Assembly: GCF_036321535.1 (NCBI RefSeq)
Contig: NC_087437.1
Location: 15,998,001 to 16,062,000, forward strand
DNA: 64,000 bases
Origin: Camelus dromedarius
Lineage: Eukaryota
Direction: 5' to 3'
This document shows, one piece after another, positions 23,171-36,429 of this stretch (positions within the stretch are counted from its first letter, which is position 1; each line of letters begins with the position of its first letter). The notes under the pieces are model-generated. The model saw only the letters and a list, made by a program, of their open reading frames with translations. It did no database searches and had not been told where the DNA came from. The position numbers and the translations under genes are program-made.

Positions 23171-26100
23171 ATAACGTTATTGTTATTAATATTGACAAGA
23201 CTTTGTAACCAGTTTTAGGCAGTGGAGGTCAGCTTGACAACCCACAGACCTGGCCTTAGGAGGGTGCCGCAGGTGGAAGGGGAGGACCCAGCGTCACCCG
23301 CAGACTGCGCTCTGCAGGACATGCTCATCTCTCATTTGATGTGAGGTTCTTGCTGGCCTGACCCAAAGGCTGGCCAGGGGAGGGTGGACAAGGACAAGCC
23401 CACCTCTGCCTTCCTCTGAAACAGAGGGGCCAGCATGGTGGTCCATGCTAGGCTCCTGTGTTCCCTTCAGCCCCCGACTTACTTCCTTTGGGCAAGTCCT
23501 CTCCCAGGCTGCTCAGCAGGGTCTGCCCCACCTCCTCCCTCCTCCCTTCGGGCCCTTCCTGGGGGGCCGCACCCACCCACCTCTCCTTCCCTGGGCCCTC
23601 CCTCATGCCCCCAGGAGTTGCCTTCAGAGGAGGGGCTCTCTCGGCTTCCCCTGGGTGTGCACGGAGATCTGAGTGCTAAGTGCACCCTTCACACCTCTGA
23701 TCTTTGCCGCAAGCTTCCCCCTTAATCACGTCTAACTGACAAACTTGAAGGCAGTCGGTGATGCTAATGTACCTCCAGGAACTGCAAACAGGAAGGACAC
23801 AGAGCACTCTGGAAATTACCTCTCAGCACCTGGGAATAAATGGTCACTCCGGGTAGAGCACAGCCGTTCAATCCTTGTCTGCCCCTCCTGCAGCGGGAGC
23901 CCCCTCCCAACTGCTCTGATTGACAACAGCCACTGGGCCACTCAGGTCCTCCAGGGGTCCAGCACCTCGGCTGACCCTGCTCAGCTGCTCAGTAGGAGGG
24001 CATCCTCCCTATTCCAGAACCCGATCCGTGAGCCCTGTTTCCCTGTTCAGAGGCTGCTTCAGATTTGGTGAGGTTCCTGAGAAAAGTCAGACCAAATGTA
24101 TTCTACCAAATTTGTCTGCCTTTAGCCTTTTGGATAAATGTCATGCAGAGGTTCTGACTGTCACATTCACTCCTCCGTGGGAAATCTTTGGGGATGAGTA
24201 GAACCTTGAACCTTATTATTTCAACATTGATTATTTCTCACAGCTCTTTCCCTCTTTCAGAGTTGACTCTGGGACTTACCAAGTGGCACACCCACAGTTA
24301 CTGCAGTTTAAGGGCTGAGACCAGACCCAACAAACCCTTCTGGCAAGGGCGTGTTAGAGCCAGTCAGACCCGACTGATTCCTCTGTGACCTTGGACAGAT
24401 CCCTTTTCTAGGACCCTCTGCAGAAGGCCCATATCCCCAACTCTGTGCCACTGGGCCAGGTCAGGGCAGCGTGAGGGAAGTTTCCTGTCCTTTATCTATC
24501 AAGACAGCTCTGGTCATACAGCTGGAGAAACTCAGCCTTAATGCTTTTGCTCTGTCATTATGGAAGAATAAAAATCATTTCTTTTGCTCACTTGTCCCAC
24601 TTGAACGGTGTGTAATAGTGTTAGAGATTTATGGTGTTTCTGACTTTGTGACCTGGGGAGAAGCTGGAAATTCCACTGTGCCCATTTCTACTCCTGGGTT
24701 TCCGTAAATGTCACAGTGAAATTATTTTATCAAGTACACCACAGAAGGGGAAAATCTTAATCTTATATTATACATATGCAGCACTTGACCTTCTCTTGAG
24801 ATGCGGCACCTCTTAGCTACACTTACTTAAACATGATGCAGCTCTTCCCCGATGCACGCAGAGAGAATAATTAGGGGCCCTGGTATCCCAGCTGGAGAGG
24901 AGGCTGTGCTGTGGGGCTGACCTCGAAGATGAAAGGGAGAAGGAATGAGGCAGGTGGGGGCAGGGCTGCAGCACACTCGTCCTGACGAGGCAGGTGGACC
25001 TGACTCTCTGCCTTGTTCTGGTTCCCCTGCTGACTGTGCGCCTCTGGCCAAGTTATTTGTTGCCTTCTCTGGGCCTTAGTTTCCCCATCATAGCTCTGGA
25101 TTTGCCAGTTTTGATCCACGGGTAGTGGCTGCCTAGGGCATTGTGTTAAAGATTCTGAGCCCTGGTCTGGGTTGAGTGGGAGTGAGTGCCAAGATTGATT
25201 AGTGATGTCTGCCGTGGCCGGCATGGGAGGTGGCGATTGTGGCTCTACTGGCTAACCCTGTTCCAGGATATTTCTAAGGTCTTTTTTCCACCCTGAGTAC
25301 ATGTGATTTGTGGACTCACCAAAGCCCTGGGGAGAGGAAGCTTGGAAAAGGGGAAACAATAACAACCTTCCCTCAGAGAAAAGTACGATTTGCCTTGTCA
25401 GGTTTTGGAGAGAAAATAAGATTTGTGTGATGCATCCAAACGTGATTCTTTTTTTTCCTTTTTTTCATATGGGCTCTGTGAGAAGCGAGAGAGCAAGGGA
25501 CGGCAGGCTTTTTCTGGGTGCGATGACTCATCAGACCCGGCTGCCACAGGAAAGAGCAAGGAGCCCTAGGTGGCTTCTTGCCATTGCCCAGCCTTGAGAA
25601 ACACTGTAAGAAGTCACCTTTATTTATCTTAAAGACTTGGTTATTAATTATTTTTTCAGGGAGTCCATCAAGATCTGTATTGACTGGAGTACTTAAAACT
25701 AAGGTTTTTCTCAAAGGGTAAGGACGTCAGTTCAGAAACGTGGGAAGCTGCCTGATGGACGGCATATGGTCCCGTTGCCTGCTGCCCAGAGCTACCAGAT
25801 TGGTGATGTTTTTAGAGCATTGGCAGCCAGGCTCTGACGTAGGTGGGGACAGGGCCTCGGGAGGGGACATCTGGGGATTCCCTGCCCTCCCCTTCCCCTG
25901 GCATAGAAGTGGGAGCCTAGGCCCGGCAGGCCCTGGTGGCCTGATGGGCCTAACTGGGATAGAGGACCTTGGGGCCCCTTGGAGTGGCCAAAGTGATCTG
26001 ACCCTCATGTCCTCTTTGTTGGGTCATGGGAAGCATCTCCCTGGTTGTGGAGAGGGAGATAGGAAGGCCATGCTCCCTTAAAGGAGTCTGTCCTGTTGCT

Positions 26101-27094
26101 GGCAGGACACTTCTGCTCTCTTCTAAAGGACAGACCCTCCTGCCAACTGTGCCCCCAGCATGGGCTCACTCACCTCCTTCACCATCTGGCTGTGACATCA
26201 GCTCTTCTCCAGGAGGCCTCGCTGTGCCCCGGGAGCCCCACATCTAAAGCATTCCAGCCTCACCGGCCATCTGCTGCCTCTGGATCGAGGGCTCCTCCAG
26301 GCCCCCTCTCACTTCTCATTCCCCGCATGTCTGTCCTGCTCCTCAGCCATAGCCCTTTTCTCTCCCGATGGAAAGAAAGGGACTCTCTTCTATCTAACTC
26401 TGTGCATATCAGAAGTGCTCCCCAAATGTCTGTTGGATGAATGAGACGTGCATATAAAAGGGAAAGGGCTTTGTTGGGCTAAAGCTTAGTAAGTGTTTCC
26501 ATGGGGCTCCCGGCAGCTTCTTGTGGTCCGCGTTGGAAAGGTGCTCAGGTAGGGCCCCACCTTCAGGGTCCAGGGAAATCACATCAGTGCTGGGGCTCCG
26601 TCTCCAGATAGAGGCCTCCTCCCCATCCCATCCCAAAGTCCTGAAGGATTCCTGAGTCTGAAGAACCATCCTTGGTGCACGGGCTCCTCCAGCCCTGTTT
26701 GCAGGCTGGAGTTAGGGGACGGACTTGGGGAGCAGACCCAGCCAGCTTCGAGAGGAGCCAGGCCAGCCCTGGTTTCCGAGTGAGCCCATACCGCACCTTC
26801 CCTGCGCTTCCTTTTCCTAATGCCACTCTCGACCCCCTCGGTATCATAGGGACAGTCAGCCCACTGCCAGGGTGTAGGATTCTTAAAAGAGAACTCCAGG
26901 CAGAGGAAGATGCCCAGCCCAAGTGGATGAAGTGTGGAGGGCAGGCTTTCCGGCATCAGCAGGAAAGCAGGGGTACAAGCCAGACGGCCGGTCCCCTGGC
27001 CCAGTGCCTGGCACCCAGCAGGGGCTCTGTGCAGACTGTTGAATGCATGAGTGATCCCCAGTCAACGCCCAGATCCTCCTCTTCTAAATGACTC

Positions 27095-27780
27095 TTGACT
27101 CTGTTCCCACTACCCTAGTGATCATTACTCTTCCTGTGTCTCCCCCTAACCGTCCCCACTCCTCCAATCTATTCTCTTCCCAGCAGCCAGTGTGATCTTC
27201 CAGAAACAAAAATCTGATTGTGTGTGTCCCCCCCCCCCCCTAGTGTTAAGCCCATCAGTGGTTTCTGTGGCCTAAAGATAAAGTCCAGGGCTAACGTGAG
27301 CTCAGGTTACTCTCCAGACTCAGCCTCCTCTTTATGAACTGACCCCCATCCACCCCAGATGTACTCTCTGCCTGAGCCTGTGGCGCTCACACTACACCAT
27401 GGAAATGTTGCTCTCAGTTTGTTGACTGAGTCATATTTTTTTCTCCTGGGCCCTTTGCACATGCTGCTCTGCCCATGGGGAGGGTCCTCTGCCTCCCCTC
27501 ACTAACCCACCTTACCTCTGCCAACCTAAACAGCTCTTATGCATTCTTTATATCTTAACTTGGATGCCACTTGCCTGAGACCCTCCCAGATGGAGTTAGG
27601 TCTCTGCTCTGGCCTCCTGCACCAATTCCCTCTGTTGGAATTTCCAGTTTAGGGTCTGTCTTCCTCCACTAGGATATCAGCCCTGTGAGGGAGGGATCTT
27701 TGAGTGTTTCATCCACTGGCGGATCCCAGTGCCCAGCACAGCACCAAGTATATATTAAGTGGCCAATTTAAATACTTTAA
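27095..27780 (+). mobile_element. L2 3' region
   Basis: 'cagcagccagtgtgatcttccagaaacaaaaatctgattgtg', 'ggccctttgcacatgctgct', 'cccagtgcccagcacagcacc'. Confidence 0.7.
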
Positions 27781-28056
27781 AAATAATGATTGGTGAGAAC
27801 ATTCAGCCTGGCTCCTTGCAGGCAACAGCCAGCTGCTCTTCACTGAGGAGATGCTACATTTCAGAAAGTTGGCATTCATTACACTGGCCTTCACAAAGCT
27901 GAGAAGGAAGTTACCCTAGCACCCCTTTTTACAGAGGAGGGGGCTGAGGAGGCGGGGGAGCGGTAAGTAACTTGCTTAAGATCACACCACCTGGAAGTGG
28001 CAGTTTTCATTTGGCCCCACGGCTGTGATGTTTCCAGTCTACCAGGTGGCCTAGAG

Positions 28057-28231
28057 CCGTGGTTCTCAGCGCAGAATCTCCTGGAGGGCTTGCAAACACT
28101 CAGATCGCTAGGCTCCACCGCGGAGTTGCTGGTCCAGTAGGTTTGGAGTGGGGTCTGTGCTTCTGTGTTTCTACAAGTTCCCAGCTGATTCTGCTCCTGC
28201 TGGCCTGGAGAGCACAGTTTGAGAATCACTG
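28057..28231. mobile_element. MER5A hAT-Charlie DNA transposon (MITE)
   Basis: Terminal inverted repeats ccgtggttctca...tgagaatcactg. The 8-bp flanks gcctagag / gcctagtc match at 6/8, consistent with a decayed TSD. Confidence 0.85.
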
Positions 28232-29214
28232 GCCTAGTCATCAGAAAACTCCTGGGTTTGCTTTGTGGCTACTCCACTCTCCAACCACACTGACCTTGCA
28301 CCAGGATTGCAGGATGCAGCCCAAAACTGCCTGCTGGGAGGCTCTGATGCCCTCCCTCCCCGGACCTGGCCTTGGTTGTGTTGTGCCTGGCTGCTCTCTG
28401 GGGGGACAGGCTGCCATTAGTGACAAGGACCTGAGTGCCTGCCCCTCCCCCTCGGAACACAACATTTCTGTTTGTCATCCTTCAGTCCTGACCGGTGATC
28501 TCCCCATTCACCAAAGCAACGCGCCCCTGACCCTGACCTCACGTCTTCAACAACTTCCATGCTGACTGATGTGTTCTAGGCTTGCTGCTGCTGCTGCTCC
28601 CCGAGCAGCTTAACAGCCCTGGAAGTTACAGTCTCGTCTGTGTCACGGTGCCGGCAGCACGTATCAATTTCCTCAAGTGTCACCAAGAGTGAAAGGAGTG
28701 TGTGACACAGCTAAGTGTTCCCTCTGCCCAGGCCATTACAGCTGGCGCGGGGCCTGAGGAGGCAGGGTCTGGAGGGCCATGTGGCCGCCTGTGGGCAGGT
28801 CAACATAGAAGCGGGTGCCCCAGCCCACCTCCTGCCGTGGTCCCACGAATGCTGTGTGGGCCCGGCAGTGTCTACAACTCTCGCAGCTCCCCTAGGCAAG
28901 CACAGGGTCCTGTTCCCTCTGAGGCTTGGGACACTCTTTTCCCTTTGCCTAATCCTCCCATTTCTGCATCAGTTTGTACCCGTCTTTCAAGGCCTGTGTG
29001 TGTGCCACCATCTCCAGGCAGCCTTCCTGGCTCCCCTTAACTCTCTCCTTCCTCTAAAGACCTCTGGCACAGGGCATCTCCAGCTCTGGTGTGGGACTTT
29101 CCTTGGTAAGCAGCCCACTCTGACCTGCCCTGTTGATCTCAGCTTCTTGGGGTTGGAGGTGGCCAGCCATACTTTCGTGTTCTCCCTCAGATCTAAAAAT
29201 GTCGTGACTGAGAT

Positions 29215-30300
29215 TTTCTTTGATTACTCGAGTCCTGTATGGACAATTCAAAACATTGGGAAACTGTGGAAAATCACCAAATCATCATCAGCGGTCATAC
29301 CACCACTCCCAGTTTCTGTTTTAGTGTTTATGGTTTATATGTGTGTCTGCATGTTGTTGTATATGTACGTATGTGTGTATGTATATACGTGCGTGTGTGT
29401 GTTATCAAGTTCATGCTCTATGTATAGTTTAACATCTACTTTAAAAATACTTTTCCAGGACATAATATTGATGACTCTGTAGTATCACATTACATGTAAT
29501 TTATTTAGTGAATACCCTATTTTTTAAATTAAAGTACAATCAGTCACAATGTGTCAGTTTCTGGTGCACAGCACAATGACCCAGTCATGCATATACATAC
29601 ATATATTCGTTTTCATTTTCTTTTTCATTAAAGGTTATTACAAGATATTGAACATAGTTCCCTGTGCTATACAGAAGAAACTTTTTTTAAAATCTATTTT
29701 TATGTATAGTGGCTTACATTTGTAAATCTCAAACTCCCAAATTTATCCCTTCCTTCCCCTTTCCCCCGTAACCATAAGATTGTTTACTATATCTGTGAGT
29801 CTGGTTTCTGTTTTGTAGATGTGTTCATAGTGTTCTTTTTTTCCTTTTTCTTTTTTTAGATTCCACATATGAGTGATATCATGGTATTTTTCTTTCTTTT
29901 TCTGGCTTACTTCACTTAGAATGATGATCTCTAGTTCCATCCATGTTGCTGCAAATGGCATTATTTTATTATTTTTTATGGCTGAGTAGTATTCCATCAT
30001 ATAAAGTGAATACCCTATTATTTGACTTTTAAGTTCTTTTTTCTTTCTTCCTTTCTTTCTTCCACATTGTAGATAACAATGGAGTAAACATCCATTGACG
30101 TAAATCTTTTTCCACCTCTGCTTGCTCTTGCTTTAGAATTATTTTTAGATGTAGAATTATTGAATCAAAGCACTGGACATCTTGAAGGTCTTAATACAGA
30201 AAAGCTTTAAGCATCCGCACTGTGTATGAAAGTGCCTGTCCCCTCTTACCCTGTAATACTAAGATCATATTATTATTTTTTGTTGTTATTCTTTTTTCAA
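29215..30300 (-). mobile_element. Ancient L1ME-like fragment hosting the young L1
   Basis: AT-rich antisense L1M-like text on both sides: 'gtatcacattacatgtaatttattt' and 'agatgtagaattattgaatcaaag'. Confidence 0.5.
29522..30004 (-). mobile_element. Young 5'-truncated L1 with a perfect 15-bp TSD
   Basis: TSD agtgaataccctatt at 29507-29521 and 30005-30019. The minus ORF MEYYSAIKNNKIMPFAATWMELEIIILSEVSQ is the L1 ORF2p C-terminus. Confidence 0.95.
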
Positions 30301-33300
30301 TCACAGCTTTAATCTTAGGGTCTTATCACAGCAGGCCTTCAGTGACCATTCAGTTCAACCAGCCACAGGATGTGTATGCTTAATGTGTAAGGCCTGTGCT
30401 CAGTGCCAGGGAGAGGAAGAGGCAAAACTTACAAGACCTAGCATCAGCCTTCAGAGAACTTTCAAACTAGCACAGTGATTGGACAGAATCCTGCCTGCCT
30501 GCCTGCCTGGGAACCACTTCTCTGCTACTGGTTTTTCTCAACATACTGCCATGTCTATATGGGGAAGTGGGAGTTTCACAAGGCTCTGGGTCCCACTGGG
30601 ATGTCCTGGGGTTCTTCACGGAGACCCATTTCAGGGAAATTCAAAGACAGCTGATGAGCACAGATGGAGAATCCCAGAACACCTCTTTCCCGGGAGCTTC
30701 ATGCCTGGAGTTCCAGAGTCAAGAACCCCTGGGGTCAGCAACCCATTATGTGAAGATAAGGGAGACATTGGGCCACAGGCTCAATGAGAGACCACAGACC
30801 TATGGGGAGAGCCCCGCAGAGCTCTGCGCGTGCCCCGCAGGAAGCTCTCGTCTCCCCTCCCCACCCCCTGCCCACCATGCCCATCCCAGGGGTCACAGCA
30901 GCTGTCCAGAGTGGCTGGCTCTTTGCCTGTCTTCCAGACCGAGAGCGAGAGCAGAGCCCAGAGTTGAAGCGATGAAGATGAGGTTGAGGAGCAGCGAGCT
31001 CAGGGCCATGAACGTCTTTCTTCCCGGCCAGGAGCATGCGCCTTGCCCCTCTCACTGTCGCCCTGAGGCAGGCGCACCTCCCGAGCCAGCTGCTGAGCTG
31101 CACCTGCCTTGAGAAAAAGGCACCCGGTTCTTAAGCAGGGAATGAATATTCATTGGCATGAACCTTTGCAAACTCATTTGGGGGAAAAAATGAGATCAGG
31201 AGAAGTAATCAGATTATTAAAAGAAGAAGCAAGGACAGAAGGCGGCGGTGGAGGGAAGCATCGCATTTAAAATGCAAGGAGAGATTTCCTTCCTGCAGAG
31301 GAGCTGTGACCCCCTGGACCATGCACTGGGAACAGTTAAGCTCTCCCACATTCCTGCTGCATAAAAATGTTGTTTTGTGAGGCCTCTGTGGACGGGGGAG
31401 GGGCAGAGGCGACGTGCACGCTCCGCGTACAAAAATATATATAAAGTAATGTTATGAGGTTTTCATTTTATCTCCCTTGGATATCAAGAAAAATTGTGAG
31501 CGCTCAAGAGTCTCTGGTGAGTGCTGAGTGACAGGTTAAAGGGCTCCAATAAAGATTAGATGGTCCACTATCTCCTGAGGAAATTGCATAAAAGTGGTTA
31601 TTCCCTCTTGCTTCTATTAATTTCCTCTTCCTGGCTGCTTGGAAATGCTTCATAACCTGATGCTGCAGATGGGGCGAGAGGCGCTTTCCATTATCTCAAT
31701 CACTGCACTGTTTATGAGACACTTAATCTGTTTCTTTATAAAGTAATAGTACTGTCGGTGATGGATTTAGTGTCACTGGAACGCTGCGTGCTGAGATGGG
31801 AGGGGAGGGGGTTCTCCAGAGCATTGTAGGCACTAGGTCATTTGTTACATCTCTGTGAAGTGGGGTGGGCATTTCAAGGTGACCTTCGGGCTATCAGCTA
31901 GAGGTCACGTGTACCAGTCCCTTTTCGCTTGAAGGGGGAGGGAAGTGCTGCGTGTTTTGCCTGGGGAATGGAAAATCCACATGTGCTCAGGGAGCTGGTC
32001 CTCATATCTTGTCTTTTCCTCTCTGCCAAAGAGAGGAGCAGGCGGGGAAAGAGGTGTGTGTGTAGGGGTGCCACCCCAAGCTCCATTTATCACCTGTCTG
32101 AACTGTGATCCCCTGCCATGGAGGGAAGTAAACTCCCTTTTCTTAAGGAAACAAAGCGGTCTGGGCTGCACTGGTATCAGCCACGTATAGACTCACAGGT
32201 GTCCCACTGACAAAGGTCTCCTGGGAATACACAGCAAGGCGACTTCGGCTCTGCCTTTCCCACCCACGTCCTGGAATAGTAATGCAACCTTCCCGGCTGC
32301 GATGGGGCAGGGCAGTCTCTGACCTCATTTCCCTTCCTACGTCTCCTGCTCTTTTACCTCTGCCTTGCTGGCTTTGTCTTTGCATCTCTTGAATCTCACC
32401 TCCTAATTGCCACAAAAATATATTTCTTCCAGTCCTCATCTCATAATGATGCACATCCTGCCTGACCAGTCCCCCCCCACCCCCAACAGCATTCCCTTTT
32501 CTGCCTCCCCCTCCAGGAAGGGCGCTTCCCAAAGTCTGTTCCCCACCGCCTGTGCTCTGCTCTGTTCCTCTAGTGGGGCGCTAAGCTCACGGTAGATCTA
32601 TAAACATTTGTTGAATGAGGGGTTCATGATTGTAGTGGTAGTGCTGACCATAATTTTGAATCAAGAGAAAGGCAACCCCTGAGTTCTGAAACGATATTAA
32701 AGCAAATAATTTGTTATCTGCCTCGAAATTGCTGGAAAGTGTAGCTATGTGCTAGATTAGGCTATCACAGTATTTAATTAGTATTTTTTGAGCCTTCCGG
32801 CAGGTGTGCGGTCTCCAAGCTGCCGGAGTCCCCAGCGTTCTCCACCGTGTTACTCTCAGCTGCTTTATATACTCAGGTGACTTACCTAGGCTGAAGCTAT
32901 TACATTTGCTTCTCTTGGTCTAAATATTCTTTGTTAGAATCTACCCAGACACTCCATGTTTCACTTCTGATCACAGCTGCTTTTCCTCAAGGGGCAGCAC
33001 AATTTTCTTATTTTTTACGTTAAATTTCTAGTAAAATAACAATATCATTAACTTCTATTTCTCATTAATGGTGTCTGATACAGGATGAGTTAAAAAGGCT
33101 TAATGGACTAGCCTGGCATTTACCATTATTTAAAGCAGTAATTCTATGAGAAAATATAGCCCAAGTGTGCTCGCAAGTTACAGTCTTAAAAGTTCAACAA
33201 ATGAACCTAGGAATACTACTTCTTGATAAATTAGGGAATGCCTAGATGTAGGTTTTATTAAAGTATTAACTTATTAAATCTGAATATTAATGAGATTCAT

Positions 33301-33517
33301 TCATTTTGTAATTATCAGTGAGATATACTTTACAGAAGTAATGATTCGCCCATTACACAAAACAGAAATAATCTGTGCAGAAACACGTTCTTCTATTTAG
33401 TTGCACGATTTATTGGCCCACTTTGGGAATCTGAACTCACATTCTAACCCTGAATTCTAAAAGTTCCTGCAAAGAAAACTTGTTTTTCAAAAGGAACTGA
33501 GTAGAGGTAGAGAAGAA

Positions 33518-33725
33518 TTAGCATTGTCTAACACTTACTGATGCTGGGTATATTTCTATATTTGATTTTGATAAATTCTAATGACCTGAGGGAGTTGTGA
33601 GAAATGTTACATTTCTTTTTTATGGATTCTTTATACAGATGAGCAAATTGAGGGTTACATAGCTTGCCAATGGTTATCCAGTTAGAACCAGCAGAGCCAG
33701 GAATCAGACCCAGGACTGTCCGATC
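33518..33725 (-). mobile_element. MIR SINE
   Basis: 'tatacagatgagcaaattgaggg...cttgccaatggttatccag...gcagagccaggaatcagacccagg'. Confidence 0.7.
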
Positions 33726-34534
33726 ACTGCCCAGGGCTCACTGTCACACCTGTTTCCAGGACCTTTTACCCCACCTTTCTCTTAACTCCTATCCTTTAAA
33801 GTCCAGCTTGGCCCCACTCTCCTCCATTTCCTGCCTTTGTGGCTGTCAGAGTCTGGAGACACCCAGTTCTGCCTTCCTCCATCAGAAATCTCAGACGAAG
33901 GCATTTTCTATATCCCTCTGCCACTTGTGGATACCAAGATGGTTGTTTATGCTGTTAACTCATTCAGTGTAAAGCAAGGAGGCTTTTAAGTGCTAGAAAG
34001 AAAGTGAAAACACCTTGTTTCTCTTGGGCTGATACATTAAGAAAATTACATGTGGCAGAGCTCCAGTGAATGCAGGAGAATCACCACGTTCCCCTCCCCC
34101 ACCTTCCAAGGAAAGCACTTCTGCTGTGTTTGGGTAGCACAGGTCGGGGATGTCTCTGGGTTCTCCAGCTCCCGAACTGAATGCGGCGCAGCACTGCTGG
34201 GTAGTTTACAATGGGAAGTGCCAAGTGCTTCTCATGAGTGACAAGGGGGAGATAAGGAAAGAAGACAGGGAGAGAGGAAGAAAGCAATGGAGAGAATTCA
34301 CTGAGAGGGCTTGGAACGCTAGATCAGCAAGCCAAATTCTAGGGTACTTTGGGTGTACCACTCAGGGCTTTCCTTCTGGTGTTTTATTGGTTGAGCCTTT
34401 AGTAAAGATTTGATTTTTTTAGTTTTATCTTTCTACTGAGACATTTCTCTTGAATGTGCTGAGGTGGCTAACAAGGGGCCCATTTTTACATGGATCACAA
34501 CAGAAATCTTTAAGGACCTTACTGTAACATCTAA

Positions 34535-34790
34535 ATGACATTTACCCCTGTGTGTTCCATGGAACATCCCAGAAGATGCTCTACAAAATAGAACTTCATG
34601 GTGAGAAAACATAGCATTCTATATCCCAGTTTTTGGAAATTTGGAAAAATTCTGTAATAAAAAAATGAGATTAACTTTTTAAATCCACATTTTCAAAATA
34701 TCTGGCTGCAGACCCCTTTTGTTAGTAAGAGGTGTTAACACTCTGAAGAACGTGGACTCCATGGAACACTGTTGGGTTATGCCATTCCAG
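34535..34790. mobile_element. Probable hAT-Charlie DNA transposon remnant
   Basis: Inverted subterminal motifs 'gtgttccatggaaca' and 'ccatggaacactgttggg' around an AT-rich interior. Family uncertain. Confidence 0.45.
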
Positions 34791-34999
34791 AACATTCCAT
34801 CTAAGAAATGATTCCCATTAAAATGAGCTCCCACCTCAGGGCACTTCCAGAGTGACTGAAATCCTATACCTCACTTCAAATGACTGAAAGAGTGAGAAGA
34901 CTGCAGCAGAGGAAACAGTTCTTTCTTGTCTTGGTGGCAAAGATGTGGATATTTGTCAGATAGTTTATATGCATATCATCGTGATGATTTCTCCCACTG

Positions 35000-35375
35000 C
35001 GTGATCCTGGGCAACTATTTTAACCTTTCCTTGTCCCAATTTCCTCATTAGCAAAATGGAACTAATAATAGCTACCCCATGGAGGAATGCCTGTAAAGCA
35101 TTTAACAAGAGCATTAACAGATGGTGGCTACTGCTCAGTAGCAGTAAAGAATACGCTGCACTTTCCAGGAGGGAACAGTGTATTTGGGAAGATGAGCTTT
35201 GTATAAGCAGAAACCTTTATAATGGCACTTCTGTTATGGCAATGATCACATTGTATTACAGTTGTATGACTACACTGGATCAAGAGCTCCTGGAGGGCAG
35301 GCTCTGTTCTCAAAATTCCCTGGGTCAGCTTCTCAGCAGGGTGCCAGTAAATGTTTGTTGAATGAATTAGTGAAG
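35000..35375 (+). mobile_element. MIR fragment (about 35000-35130) followed by an L2 3' end (about 35240-35375)
   Basis: MIR motif 'aatttcctcattagcaaaatggaactaataatagctacc'. L2 motifs 'agctcctggagggcagg' and 'agtaaatgtttgttgaatgaat'. Confidence 0.65.
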
Positions 35376-36429
35376 TATATAAGGAAGCCAAGCAAGTTGA
35401 CCATATGATAACTTGTACCTGATCTCAAAGGAGGATGAACCAGAGCAGGTTTCTTGGAAAAGTCAGGAGCTGAGAGTGAGAAAGGGCCTCAGAGAAGCAG
35501 GGAAGGTAGGGGCAATTTTCTGAGAAATCAGCCAGGCGGAGACCAGGTGCCTGGAGTCGAGGGTCTCTGTAGACGAGGCACAGCAGAAGCTTGAGGGACG
35601 GCCTAGAGCCAGACTTTTTGGGGCATGGCTCTTCCCAGGCTGACCCCATGGGGAAATAAGAATAAAAGCCTCATATCTGAGGGCAGCTCCAGTGGACATC
35701 AGGCTGTACCAGGCGTTCCCAACTTTCCCCACTGTCAAGTACGTGATAGATGACATCAAGTACATGACACATTCCCTGGTGCACTGCCTGCCAAAGCCAT
35801 CCTTTTTTGCCCCACCCCCTAAAGTATTTCAGAATGCAATTAAGGGATAAGAATGTTGTTAAGCCAGTAACCTTGAAATCACTTTAATTTCTTCTTAAAG
35901 GATCACTCATGAATTTCAATCCTTTATCATCATTCATAACAAGTATTAACACAGCTCAGTGCCCCTTGTGTGTGTTGCATTTAAGAACCACGGGTCCAGT
36001 CCATTGTCAACGAGGACCTCTTTCTGTCTGAGGACCAGGTGAGATTCTTTCACTGAGTGGCTCAGGGTAAAGCCCTGGCTGTTAACCAGGTGGAAGAGGG
36101 AGGGAATAACCATTTATAGAGCACTTACGCCTCAGACACTGAGCTATAGATAGATTCATTTTGTCAATTAAATCTCTCAACACACCTGAAAGGGAAGAAT
36201 CATTATTCATATTGTTCAAGAGAGGCTATTGGTACTGTGTTTCACTAAGGATTTTTGAAGACTTCGAAGTGTTAAGTAGAGGTTTCATTAATGTGAAATG
36301 CTCACTTTGTGCAAGGGGTTATTTCAGTGTCCTTTTAGAAGGGGCAGAATGTTTTATTTTCTAGTTCCAGGGAAGGGCCTCTGACTATCACTCTTTCATT
36401 AGTTCTAAGATGATCTGTTTGTATTCCAG

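Larger units (their letters stand above)
1..36429 (+). other. EPHB1: 3' part of the large upstream EPHB1 intron (intron 3)
   Basis: No Eph ligand-binding-domain exon is recognisable upstream in the window. The region is repeat-rich and ends at the exon acceptor. Confidence 0.85.

Noticed and set aside
28715..29482. Longest ORF in the track (255 aa)
   Set aside because: No recognisable domain. It runs into a TG/TA low-complexity tract and a degraded L1, so it is likely a chance intronic frame.
29743..30000. ORF with clear protein similarity
   Set aside because: It is the L1 ORF2p C-terminus in a truncated insertion, not a host gene.
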